A stretch of DNA of 62,327 nt, the filler included, from Vermamoeba vermiformis (Eukaryota): assembly GCA_045837725.1 (NCBI GenBank). It is 8 parts of 8 records of this genome, joined end to end, with 100 filler letters (N's around TTAATTAATTAA, not from the genome) between each part and the next. Parts side by side here need not be neighbours in the genome. Positions count along the whole stretch, not along the records: positions 1 to 23,734 come from JBEWZL010000028.1; 7 more parts are not named here. One strand, given 5' to 3'. Every line of letters starts with the position of its first letter. Positions within the stretch are counted from its first letter, which is position 1. Shown piece by piece: positions 10,718-22,381 of the stretch. Position numbers and translations under genes: made by a program. Under the pieces are notes generated by a model. It searched no databases. It was not told the origin of the DNA and saw only the letters and a list, made by a program, of their open reading frames with translations.

Positions 10718-11453
10718 ATGGAGCATCAACCAGTCATAATTTCGTTATTGCATCCAGGCACAAATAAGCGCATTAAAAAAGCGGTCATTGGATGTAATTG
10801 CAGTCACAACTCCGCTTTTGATCTGGAGGTAAATTCGAATTCTTTACTGTAAAAGAATAGATTAACTTTTAATTAATTAGGAGTTTAAACGAAGCAATGA
10901 AATTACATGTCCCTTGTGCAGAAAAAGCTTGAAAAATGCGCAGGTTAGTTTCCCAAAGTGACGCAGGTTAGTTTTGACTGTTTTGACAGGGCATCACGGA
11001 ATTGAAGCGCGCTCGATTAATTTCAACCATTTTAAAAGCCGTGAAACACCAACCAAAGGTTGTTGCCGTCAAATTGTGGCCTAATGAGGACTGGGCACCC
11101 TTATCAGCGGGTAAGATTAAACAAAGAAAGTTTTACTAGCTAATAATTCACTTGTAGATATGAAGCCAGTTGTAATCGAGTTAAATCTGACAAAATCTTC
11201 GGCGCCGATCGTGTACGATTTGGATCTGACGCAACCAAAGCCTCAGCAAGCACCGAGTCAACCCGCAGCACAGCAACCAACACCACAAGAAGCAGAGTGT
11301 GCTGTTTGCTATAGTGCACCACCTAGTCACGCATTCGTGCCTTGCGGTCACTTTGTGTGTTGTGCTGAATGCGCAGATCAAACCTTTCAAACTCGCAAAA
11401 AATGCATAATTTGTAACGAGCCGATTAGCCAAATATTAAAACTGTTCCACTAG
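10718..11453 (+). CDS. SP-RING-like + SIM-like motifs + C-terminal C3HC4 RING protein
   Basis: Exons 10718-10828, 10881-10943, 10990-11110 and 11158-11453 join in frame: ISLLHPGTNKRIKKAVIGCNCSHNSAFDLE..ITCPLCRK, then VVIELNLT and IVYDLDLT, then CAVC..FVPCGHFVCCAECA..KCIICNEPI. Confidence 0.82.
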
Positions 11454-11506
11454 CCAACCTAATTACAATCTACGACCTAATCTACAATCTACGTAAATTC
11501 GTTATG

Positions 11507-14500
11507 TCACTTCATTTGTTTCAATCGTCCAAGGACCTCGCTCATGTCAGGTCTGTGTGCTGGGTTCTGTTTGCAGCAGTGAATGACGAGCTGTTTCAGA
11601 TCGAAGTGATCTTCGTTGCGAATAGCTTCGTTGATACGTTTCTCTCGTGACGTCTCGTCAATTACTGGAGGTAGGCCTGCATTACTGAGCATGTGAAACA
11701 ACACCACCCCAAAGCTACAACCGCAGAGGTTAGTCACCGAACGAACGCCAGAGTAATGACATACGAATAGACATCAACTTTGTACGAATAAATTGGCTCC
11801 CAAGCCAGCACCTCAGGCGCCATAAAACCTAATGTGCCGGTCTCGCCTGTAAATATTGTGTCCTGGCTAAACCATTTGGCAGTACCAAAGTCTGTCAACT
11901 TGGCTCGCTTGCTCTTTTGATACAACTGTCGATGGTCAGTGCGCGTCTAGCACGTGTCTTGATCCTTACCAATATGTTGGCACTCTTGAGATCGCGGTGG
12001 ATAATCTGCGGAGTGAGGCTGTGCAAGTGATCGAGTCCCTTTGCAACATCCAATGCAATTTGTACGATTTCCGACCGCGATAATTTCACTTTGCGCTTGG
12101 CCAGCAAGTCGTGCAGTGATCCGTGCTTCATATACTCGAGCACCAGTGCAGGTTGATTGTTCTCAGGATTTGTTGACGTGCCCATCAATAGAACGATGTG
12201 TTTGTGACGCACTTGCCTAAGAATGTTGTCAGGTACAAGCACGAATAACGCTTTATCGCGAGTATTACGAAAGGATTTTTGCTTCGGCAAGCACTGTCAC
12301 GGGCGAGTTTAGAGCAGTCCGTTTGAGTTCTTTGATCGCAAACTTTTGGTTGTACCACGTTGCTTTGCGAACACTGCCAAATGATCCTTCGCCAAGTGTC
12401 TCTTCGAACATCAGCTCCTCATAAGGAAAGTCTGCAATGTTGTTAATATAGGTAGACGCACTAATTTAATGGTCGTACTGGAAATGTTTCGTTTGATGAG
12501 TCGCAGCGCTGCTTCGTGCTCTACTTTCAACTCCTCAAGGCGTCTCAATTTGTCGCGCAGAATGTTATTATCTGTTTCGAGAAAGTCGCTCGCATGCTCG
12601 TGTACCTATTCGTGCTTTCGGTTAGATGTTCGAGATATGCTACTAGACTTACGGTCGAGTGAGCTGAGGGGAGATCGATCCGAATTGGGGGACCAAGTCG
12701 CCAAGTCAAATCGTCGTTCACTCGCAGGTAGTAGCACCACACTTGACCAACAGCCACTTCGATTGATAAGAGGTGCTCTACAACCTCCCACTGCACTTCA
12801 TTTAGTCTGCCGAGATTTATAGACGCAGAGCTCGACCATTGGTTCAGCCATATGACACGAATTCTCTTTCGGCGTAGAAAGAAATTGAAGCGCAATGTCA
12901 TCTCTTGACAGTCTTGAGGCGAAATAATCTTGGCCTCCATGGCTTTGGCATGGCCTTCGTAAAAAGACTGTCTAGAGCTATCGAGAACACGTTCAATGTC
13001 CTCCAATGTCACTTCGCTCCCAGTTTTGCAAAGTGCCGATTCAATGAGCAGTGAGTCCACATCGGACGGCGACAAGTTGGTATATTCCGTGTAGCTGTGC
13101 CAAAAGCGCGACACAAAGTTTGCCCCATAGTATCTCTTGCAACCTGACACGCATCAGCCGGATTCGTTAGGTATTGCAATCATGTTTGGACTAACCAGCA
13201 AGCTTCTCTGCAATTTTAGGCAACTCTTCTTTGGCTAGCTTAATGGTTTTGGAATTTCGTGTGGTGGCCAGGAGGTATTCGTGAATAGAACAGGTGTCGC
13301 CCAGTCTGACTGGAAGGCTTTTATCGACCGAAAATTCGTGCGCGTGATCACTTGTCGTCGTAGCTACGTAGTGTTAGAGGCACATCGGAGTGTGGACCTA
13401 GCTTACCGAGGATTGTTAGAGATTTTGTGTCGATATTTGCTTGCTTGCAGTGTTCGAAGAATTCTTTGACTTGCTTCTGATTCTCGTGTACATCCTGCAC
13501 GACAATGATCACGCCGTCCCCATGGTTACGCTGAATCAGGGAGAGAAGGGACTCGAAGCCAAATAACTGCCAACATCATCAGTACTTTGATTGTTGGTAC
13601 GGAGTGCTAGGACTTACACTCGTCATCACAACAAATGGTCGGCCAAGGTCGGACACTAATTGTGTCAGTTAATTACAGCTTTAATAGTACCTAGTACTTA
13701 CAAAGGGCATTGACTACCAGTGAGCTCTTTGTGGCAATTAAATAAGTAATGGCTGAGTAATCAGTAGCAAATAACTTACCGCACCATCGAGCAATATCGT
13801 CACGGGAGAATTCAATTTCGACAAACATTGGAGCTCTGTGATCGAATCAATCTCTTGTTTTAGCTTCGCACGAAGTGTGGGCAGGCTACAGACATCCTCG
13901 ATAAAGTCGGTAGATTTAATTCGACGGAACCAGATCCGCTGGATATCCGACGTAATTAGGGACTCAATCTTCCGCAATTGTTTGTCTTGACTCGTCAGCG
14001 ATGAAATTACAGAGCCAATCTCCGCGTTTATATGCGGCAGATCATCGTCCAGCCAACATTTGTGACAAATTCTATTGCGCTCCATCGCATTTTTAATTGC
14101 AGTCACTCCGTCGTCATTCAATTTGTTGTCTGCAAGGGTTAGATCGATGGCAGATGGTGCATTTAATTACCTTTTAAGTTTAGCTCGGTGATGCTTTGAT
14201 TGGTTTCAATCATCGAAGCCAGTCCCAGCGCTCCGTCTGAACCAATGTTGTTATCTGCACTTCTAAGTGAGCACCGAGATATGCCTTCGTAAATATATTA
14301 TACATACCAGAGATGTCTAAATGCGTGAGAGAGGTGTTCTGTGCGAGAGCCTTTGCTAGATAGTTAGCCCCTTCGTCCTCAATTCCGTTGGCTTCAGATC
14401 TGTTAGTGGGCGACGATTCGTTGTCCATTTCATACCCTTAATTCCGAGCCTCCTCAGTGAGTGATTGTGCGAGATACTTTCTGCAATTAGCTTCGCTCCT

Positions 14501-15117
14501 TCTGGTCCAATGTCGCCGTCTGGCTCCGAGATCATTAATTTTGTTGCCTTCGAAGGAAGGTGATCTTACTCCATATTGTTAGAGCAGTCAATGAGTTGGT
14601 GTTACTGATCATCAAGGCGATATGCAAGGCTCCTTCTGGTCCAAGTGAATGGACAGCTGCCAAAAATAAATGAAAATTAATATTTAATAAATTAATTAAA
14701 AGTGAGTTTAATACGAAATATATCTAGGATGTTAATCGAAGAGCTTTGTGCAAGGGCCTCGCAAATCAATTGAAACGAATCGTCTCTGCCAAAATAAAAA
14801 GAATTAACATAAAAAAATAAGATTTACATTTTACTCACTGCGCATCACTAATGTATACTGGTGCTTTGTTCGAGCACGGTGGCGAGTATAATTCCCTCTT
14901 CATTGCTGATCACGCACCAACTTATCTCTATAGTAGTAACGCTTTGCGAAAAGTCTACGAGTTGCCTGAAACATTCTCTTGTTGTAATGCTGATAGTGGT
15001 TGACTACATATTGTAGATTAATGAATTGTCTGTCGTGTTTTTTCATTTTTTTATTTAATGAAATTGACTAATCGTGATTTCGAAAGTATTCGTAATTAGT
15101 ATCAGTACCTTCTCCAT
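11507..15117 (-). CDS. RNI-type LRR + unknown middle region + TKL-family protein kinase, multi-exon
   Basis: LRR GIEDEGANYLAKALAQNTSLTHLDIS. Kinase motifs LGEGSFGSV, HRDLKSANIL, DFG, GTLGFMAPE, RPDM. Possible frameshift near 14850. Confidence 0.8.
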
Positions 15118-15257
15118 GATCAATTGTGTGCTTGGGTGGAGGAAATACAAGCGTTTTCAGGGTCAAAAAAAGTTTGATCGGAATCTCGCTTAGAATGACA
15201 GGTATCACAACAATTTATTTATTCAAACCCCAAAATAGCTCCAAAAGATTACCCTGT

Positions 15258-16517
15258 TCACTTTGCTTGTCGCTGATGTTTCAGCTCGGCCATGAAGTGC
15301 GTTACTGCTAGCCTAATCTCTTCATCGAAAAATGCATTGCGATTCGAAAATATAATTCTCGTCAGCACAACCGATATGAACACGAACAATATCTTGGCTA
15401 GTGTCGTCGAGAAGCCACCAATGTCCTTGAGCGAGCGATAGATGAAGTACCAGCCATTTTCTTCTTTTGTCGTCGGAATTTTAGTCGTGGCTAATCGGAG
15501 TTGCAATTCTAACACGCTGAAGGGCAGAGGAATAGCCATTACGGATATGTTGTTCGTCGTGACTGCTGGATAACACATGCGATTCAGTCGCAGCAAAGTC
15601 GTGTTTGGCGCGCATTGGAGATGATTGTCCATGATGTTTAGGGTCGTAGTGCTCGTCGGATAAGACACTTTGGTCAAGTACGCGAATGGGCTGGAGCTGT
15701 CGGGGTCGGGGAATTTGTGCTCTTCGCGGTGAAATTCAAGGATTGCTTGTGTGATGCCGCCGAGCAGGACTTGCGTGTGGTACGTGCTCGGATTGTTGAA
15801 AAATGCCTCGGAGCTTTCGTACCAACCCCCGGGAGTGGTGGCAGGGAATTGGTTGATGCGGCTCCAGAAACCGAGCAGCTGGATCTCGACAATCTCGAGT
15901 CTTCTGAGAGCTTGCCAGATCGGACATTGCTCATCGCCAAACGAGACGCACTGCAAGTCACGATTGAAGGTCACGACAGATTTGCACCTCGCAGTCATGT
16001 CATCCGTGTCGCACGAGTAGCTCTCAACGGGAGTTTGGAGCTGGGTCGAATTGCGGAGTAAATTTCTCTGACCGGTAGGACTCCAATGAACGCACGAGGC
16101 AGTGACTTCGGCGTGAAAGTTCTCTCGCTGTGACATGCGCCACACTACTGGATGCCAGCCTCGAAAGCCGCTGCGTGAGAAACAGAGTCCAAACACGGGC
16201 AGCGGAAATAATTTGCTCTCCTCGCCCTTCTGCTGGTAATAGTCAGAGTTGATGCTGCTGCTGATCTCGGGAAATGATTGGTAGTTGAGGTAGAACACGG
16301 ATGTAATGATTGCAACTGCGGCACAAATCAAAAGCAGTTTGTGGATCTTTTCGATAAATTCTTTTTTGCGACCAATAGCGTCGGATGCTTCCGGCAGCGT
16401 GAATCTGGCGATGATTCGCTTCATTGGATTGTTGTAGTGCGCTTTACCATCGGGATCTGGTCCAACGAACTCGTTTCGATCTTCTTTTGAGAGGAGCTGA
16501 TATGAGAAGTCAGCCAT
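15258..16517 (-). CDS. Two-TM protein with a large Cys-rich loop, ENaC/DEG/PAC-like topology
   Basis: Intronless 419 aa ORF. TM1 (LLLICAAVAIITSVFYL) is followed by PLPVFGLC; Cys-rich loop; KDIGG precedes TM2. Confidence 0.6.
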   Translation of the reverse strand: MADFSYQLLSKEDRNEFVGPDPDGKAHYNNPMKRIIARFTLPEASDAIGRKKEFIEKIHKLLLICAAVAIITSVFYLNYQSFPEISSSINSDYYQQKGEESKLFPLPVFGLCFSRSGFRGWHPVVWRMSQRENFHAEVTASCVHWSPTGQRNLLRNSTQLQTPVESYSCDTDDMTARCKSVVTFNRDLQCVSFGDEQCPIWQALRRLEIVEIQLLGFWSRINQFPATTPGGWYESSEAFFNNPSTYHTQVLLGGITQAILEFHREEHKFPDPDSSSPFAYLTKVSYPTSTTTLNIMDNHLQCAPNTTLLRLNRMCYPAVTTNNISVMAIPLPFSVLELQLRLATTKIPTTKEENGWYFIYRSLKDIGGFSTTLAKILFVFISVVLTRIIFSNRNAFFDEEIRLAVTHFMAELKHQRQAK

Positions 16518-16789
16518 TGTGGTGTAATGTAATAATTAGGAATAATGATTGTCCGTTTGGTTTACTTTCATAGTTTGACCAATCAGAGGACGAGAATTGA
16601 GCGGCGGAATTACTTCTGATTTGTGTAAATGTTTAAAACCGCGTTAATTTTACCTGTCGGCCACTTAGCGCTCGAGCGCAACGTGTTGCGGTTTTTATTT
16701 GTGGACCACTTTAATGAATGGTCGGCTTTTCATTATCTGAAAACCCGTCATTAATTAATTAATTTCCGATTGTTATTATATATACTACT

Positions 16790-18639
16790 TCCTCTTTGTA
16801 CTTGGATTACTGGACCTGGGCCTCAGACCGTACTATTCAACTTAGTTGTTTGTCCGTCGGTCGCCATTTCATTGCCTTGTTGAATGGTCAATCAAACGCT
16901 TTCAAGCAATTCGGAGGTTCTTTTGAGAATAGTAAGTGACAAGCCTAACGAGTATGTTAACTAATCTGACGTACCAGGACTTCGTTCCTGCCCTCTTCCA
17001 ATTACATCTGGTTTTTCCGAAATCTATGATCACTATGTTATAGATGTCGCTGATAATAATTTCTTGAACATCAACGTCAAGGAAATAACTGCGGATTATG
17101 TCGAGATCTTTGTGCAGAAAGATCGCCTCCCTACAACATCTGATAATCTCGATCGATACACAGGCGACACGAACAACAAGTTCCTCAGCTTGGATCCTTG
17201 CACAGTCTCTGCTGGTAAATATTACATCTCTATTTGGGGAGGTTCGGGTGGTCAAATGCAGCTTACCGTAAACACTGTGCCCCACAAGTGCGTCACTCCG
17301 ATTACTTCTGCATTCTCCGAAACGCTCGTAATCCACTCTGGTCACTGGCTGTACTACACATATGGTAATTGCCTAATGTCTGTGACATACGCTGACCGAT
17401 TGCTAAAACAGATGTCAGCGCCAATCAAAATCAATACGTCGTGTTTTTAGCTCAGCCAATTACAGGCACCACATCTACTTACATGCAATATGACGCACAG
17501 CCTACATCGAGTTATTATGCGTTGTATAACAGCAACAGCGGTACCAAATCGTTGCCAGCATCTCCGTGTGACATTCAAGCGGTGAACACAGTGTATTTTG
17601 CCGTTCGTTCCTTCGCTGACCAATCATCTGTCGCACTCTCGCTCCTGACCAGTATGTGGATAGCCTATTCAGAAAATGTTATCTAACTATGTCGCAGGCA
17701 ATGTCACATGCCCGATTGAGTTACGTAGCCACGTACATTATCTTTCTGGTCTGGTGACAACTATTGGACAACAACAACTCGATTTTCATTCGAGGTTACT
17801 GCAAATATGACCCGTAAGTAAGATTACTAAACTTAAAAGCAATACTTACGAAGCATAGCCATGGCTATTCGCTTGTCCGTGTCGAGTCAGGTGTCGCAGG
17901 CGGTGTATCTCGCATTCAATCGAGAGCCCACGACCTCCGCTTATGACTACTACAGCTACTCTACAATGTAAGTACTGTGTTAAGAATCCTGGCCAGAAGT
18001 ACTTACGAACTGTTTTAGAAATGTTCCGCTTACATCATTCGCAGTCGGCAAGTGGCACGTGATGGTCAAAGGCAACGCCAAGCCTTTCACTCTTACAGCT
18101 AGCTTTGGTACGTAGAATTCACTGAGATATCTTTTGCTAACGTGGTACAGACTCGTCTGCATCGGCTGCTGTCCCCAGCTCAAATCCTTCTTCTAGCCCC
18201 GTTGCCAATAATGACATCTGCAGCTCGTTTGACTCGTGCTCATCGTGCACTCCCGTTGGAGGCTGTGGCTGGTGCTCGTACAGCAGTACTTGTCAAAAAG
18301 GTACGTAAATGCTGTCTTCCACTCAGCTCTAATGTTACATCAGGTGACTTCTATGGCTCTGACAGTTATTGTCCAACGGCCTATTGGAACTACGCCTCGT
18401 GCCCTGTTGAGCCTGTAACGTGCTCAGCTTCTTCGTGCAGCGATTGCTTCGGACAAACTGGTTGCGTCTGGTGTGCCACTGCGACAAGCTGTATTCCGCG
18501 GTTGAGTGCTAACTCAACGTGTCTGAATTACACTGAAGCCGCTCAGTGCACAGCTCCTGGCAAGGTTAGCAACGCATTGCAGATTAATGCTGTCGATGTG
18601 TTATTATCCGCTTTATCAGCTCTTGTCATGTACTTGTAG
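16790..18639 (+). CDS. Cell-surface protein with PSI-like Cys repeats and a GPI-type hydrophobic C-terminus; 5' end unresolved
   Basis: CSASSCSDCFGQTGCVWCATATSC and a second similar repeat, repeated beta-rich extracellular modules, hydrophobic tail; many introns. Confidence 0.6.
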
Positions 18640-19686
18640 AGCTTTCTTTTATTGTTAGCAGAATAAATTTATTACACTTACCTCAAACACTGTCACTCGT
18701 TCACAGTAATAATTTAGAAAATATTTTACGGCACGTTGATGAAAATATCTGTAAAATTTTCCACCCATAAATACAACACAAATTGTTATTTTAATTAATT
18801 TAATTATTTACCGCTTTTTAGAAGCAAAACAGGATCGGTTGTGCAAAATCTCCTACATACTCATAAATTGGCGACAGCCTACAATATGTTCTGTGTCCGT
18901 CAATTCCATCGAGGTACCAACAACAATTTGACGTACGTGTTCGCTCGACAGGATCAAAAAGGAAAACAAACGCGGTAATTTTTTTATTACCCACGCCAAG
19001 CCCTACCAACACCAACAACAAGGAAGCCGCGAAAACCATACATTAAAATCGTAAATTACGAACCAATGGAGCCTTACAACTCACAGGCGCTATAAGATCT
19101 TAAGATCACTGAGAGAAAAGTGTATTTTACGAGTAGTTGTAAGTATTTTTGACATTTTATGGCAGGTTATGTGCCCTGGGCGTTTTACCGAAGTGTTCAT
19201 AAAGTTATATATCTGAGCGGTTTAAATAATTATTTCTGCCCGTAAATTACTAATTATTTTGAAATTACTTTTACTGCTTTATTATTCATAGTAATATGCC
19301 GTAATTGATTTATACGGATTGTCTTATCCTTATTTTCGAACCTGGTAATATAAGATCTCGTTTCTTCTCTTACTGGAGCGAAGTCATCGGCAGATTGGGC
19401 TCGGTGGTTAATATTAATTTTGACAGGGATGCTGGTGGTGAAATGAAAGTTTAGGCACGATAATATCAGCAGTTGGAGACATGTAGACGTTACAACAACG
19501 CATGTCTAAAATAATGCGTTACAATTTCTTTCGCACGGAACGAATTCAAAGCAAACCAACTGCCAATTCAATCTCAAAGTCGGTGATTGCCCGCTCCAAC
19601 CTCCAATTCTTTTTTTTGTGATTTGCGCACGTGTGGCTCAACCTCTTATTGTGTTGTTCTTTTAATTCGCTTTATTCAACAACACA

Positions 19687-21849
19687 ATGAATCGCGCACC
19701 ACGACTACCATCACTCTATTTTGTCTGCTTGTTAGCTCTTGCTTCAATCGCGCTGGTAGAAACTGCCAGGTAAATTTACATTGCCTAATTAAGCACGGTA
19801 ATTCCTGATACTAATTGTTTATATTACAGTTGGGTTACGTCTCCAGAGCCCGCGGGTTATACAGGAGACGACGGCACTGCTTCGCTTATTGCTCCGTGCG
19901 GCAACGATGCTGCTGGCTATCCTTCTACAGCGCTAATACGTTTCGGGTAGGTAATCGCATTGTGGAGACAATTTGGCTAATACGAGGTATTATAGACTCT
20001 TGCAACTAGAATTAGTGAAGAACGCAACGGTAACGGGCTACAGCTTGTCCATCGCGGCCAACCAAACGGATTTCGCAACTACAAGTCCGTTTTTCACTTG
20101 CGGGCAAAGTAAGCGCACTCTTTTTATGTCAATAGTGACGCAAGTTGTAATGCATCCTTAGGCACTGATTGCTCGCTATCCTCCTCCCGAAATGACAGAT
20201 CGGTAGTTATTCCGTGGTCTGGTCCCGGAATAATCCAATATCAAGCGACGTCCGAGGGACAAACTTGGTAAATTGGAATTTATTGCTCAGAACATTAATC
20301 ATTAATCCCTTCTAATAGGTTCAACTGTTTTGCTGCAGATGTCGAATCTGGCCCAATCAATTCGTCAACGATTATTGGCTTAACAAACACCTCTGTTAGC
20401 TTCGTTCTTGCCGTACAACCGAAGAATTTTGTTCTAATTCAGAGTAACTTTCTCTATAGTATTGAAACTACAAGGTATGCGCTGACTATCCAGATCGCGG
20501 ATCTGATCGAGTTCAGAATTAACGTTTTGTCAGCGATAACTCCAACCTCGAAGTGAATTACGCCAATTCAGATCGTAGATATTTCGAGACTCTGCTCAGT
20601 AACGTAGGTACCTCTACCGAGTCCACCGCTGTCGCTACGATTGAGGCGCTGAATGTTACTGCAGACCCCAAGGTCAACATTACTTATCTTAGTAAGTGAA
20701 GCTATCCAATTGCAGAGTTAATGGCATTGCTAACCGAACAACGTCAGATCCCGTTGTCGTCAATCCTTCCAACCCTAGCGCAGCGCTAGCAGCTGACTTC
20801 AGCATTCTTCTGATTCAACGCAACGACGGTGGCTTGGTAGGCTTGCAATCAGTCACTATTGCCGGCACTTACACCTACAACGCTCTGTACGAGTCACCCG
20901 ATTCAGTAGCACTCAAATCCGATTCTGTTTATACTCCAACGACGGTAAGTAGCTTGTTGGGCATTTAAAGACAGCTGCTAACGTCATTTTGTACGCCAGA
21001 CTCAGTGCTTCAACGTTGAAGGATACGATCAGTATTTCCTCATTCGCGGTGGCGGTGACGTTCAAGTGACATTGGACACGACTCGTCCTTGCGCCGATTC
21101 GTTCTTCCCTTACTTTCCCACTCAAACGCACTTCGTAATCTACATTATTTTGCTGGCAATTGGAATTTTTTTCTCGCTCGTCTTTTTCAACCCTTGTTTT
21201 CAAGATTTGATGAGAAAAGGCCAAGTGTATGACGGTAAGCACCGTTGGTGTTTAAGACTTCTTAGTTTAACCAATGCTTTACCTAGGCGACGTCACACAA
21301 TGGGAGATGGAAGTGCATTACACTAAAACAACGACGAAAACAATCGACGTGGCCACAGGGCGAACAATTGACAAGAAAACTTCAACAAGTATTACGTCGT
21401 GTGATTGTACCGTCGAAGTAAGTTGTTCTTGCATCGAGTGACGGCGATTATTAACTCAGATTGTAGGTTGAGTATGGTGGAGTCAAGGACACATTTAACG
21501 GCTGCTGCTTGTGCTGCTTCTCGAAGCTTCGAGTGTTGGCATATCCTGATCGACTTACGTGCTGTCCAATGTTGTATTACAAGGGCTGGATGGGCTACAT
21601 CTTCTCATGTATCTTCGGAGTAGGTCCGATATTCGCCTCGGGAGTCATTGCTTTCATCAACATGGGCATACGTAAGTAGTACTAAGTAGTGCGTGCTTGT
21701 GCTGTGCCTTGCTAACACTTGTGCTCGCAGTTGGAGAGCTCGAGGAACACGGCGGTGCAGCACTCCAATTTTTCCTTGGCTTGATTTCGTTCGGTCTAGC
21801 TGGCGTGTTTGTAATTCCTTGGTGGAAGATCCCTCGCTGCAGGAAATGA
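19687..21849 (+). CDS. Signal-peptide protein with an extracellular domain and a multi-pass C-terminus
   Basis: MNRAPRLPSLYFVCLLALASIALVETA signal peptide, Ser/Thr-rich exons, TM FVIYIILLAIGIFFSLVFF and further hydrophobic exons; TGA at 21847-21849. Confidence 0.6.
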
Positions 21850-22381
21850 GCAGCTCGTTGTCGTAACTAGTAAATTAGTATTTTATTTGTTTACATGTGA
21901 AACCACAAACGATTCAATCCACCAAAATTATCGTAGCAACTCTGAACAGTCGCGATCAACCATGAGCTATTATTTAAAATAACAGAAGCAAGATCAAGCT
22001 GCTCGGATCGGCATCTTTCGTTTAATTGAGAAAAAATCATATTTAAATATTTACAAGCATGGACATGCAGAAATTAATTATCGAGCTAGAAAAAAGGTAA
22101 TTTTGGTTCATCTGACTTCGTATCTGCAGATTTGTGCTGCTTAACGCATATATCTTGCCGTTAGATTTAAAAACCACAAGGTTTACAAAATGTAAAATTT
22201 TTTAAAGCTGCATTTACACTTATTTTATGTTGTGTCACGACGGACTAATTTACTGCGCGGTGCAATGCAAAATAAGTTGACACACCGCTGACAAGATTAT
22301 TTTAAAATTGGAACTCCAACGTAAAAGCACTTATACCGCATTTTCCCAACAGAATCAACACAACAGCAACAAGTCCCTGTT

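Noticed and set aside
1-11453. Endogenous giant virus or Polinton origin of the cassette
   Set aside because: No capsid, packaging ATPase or polB seen, and the genes are intron-dense like host genes. Cannot be excluded beyond the window.
14840-14870. Apparent frameshift in a 5' exon of the LRR kinase
   Set aside because: Cannot tell an assembly error from a mis-called splice site or pseudogenisation.
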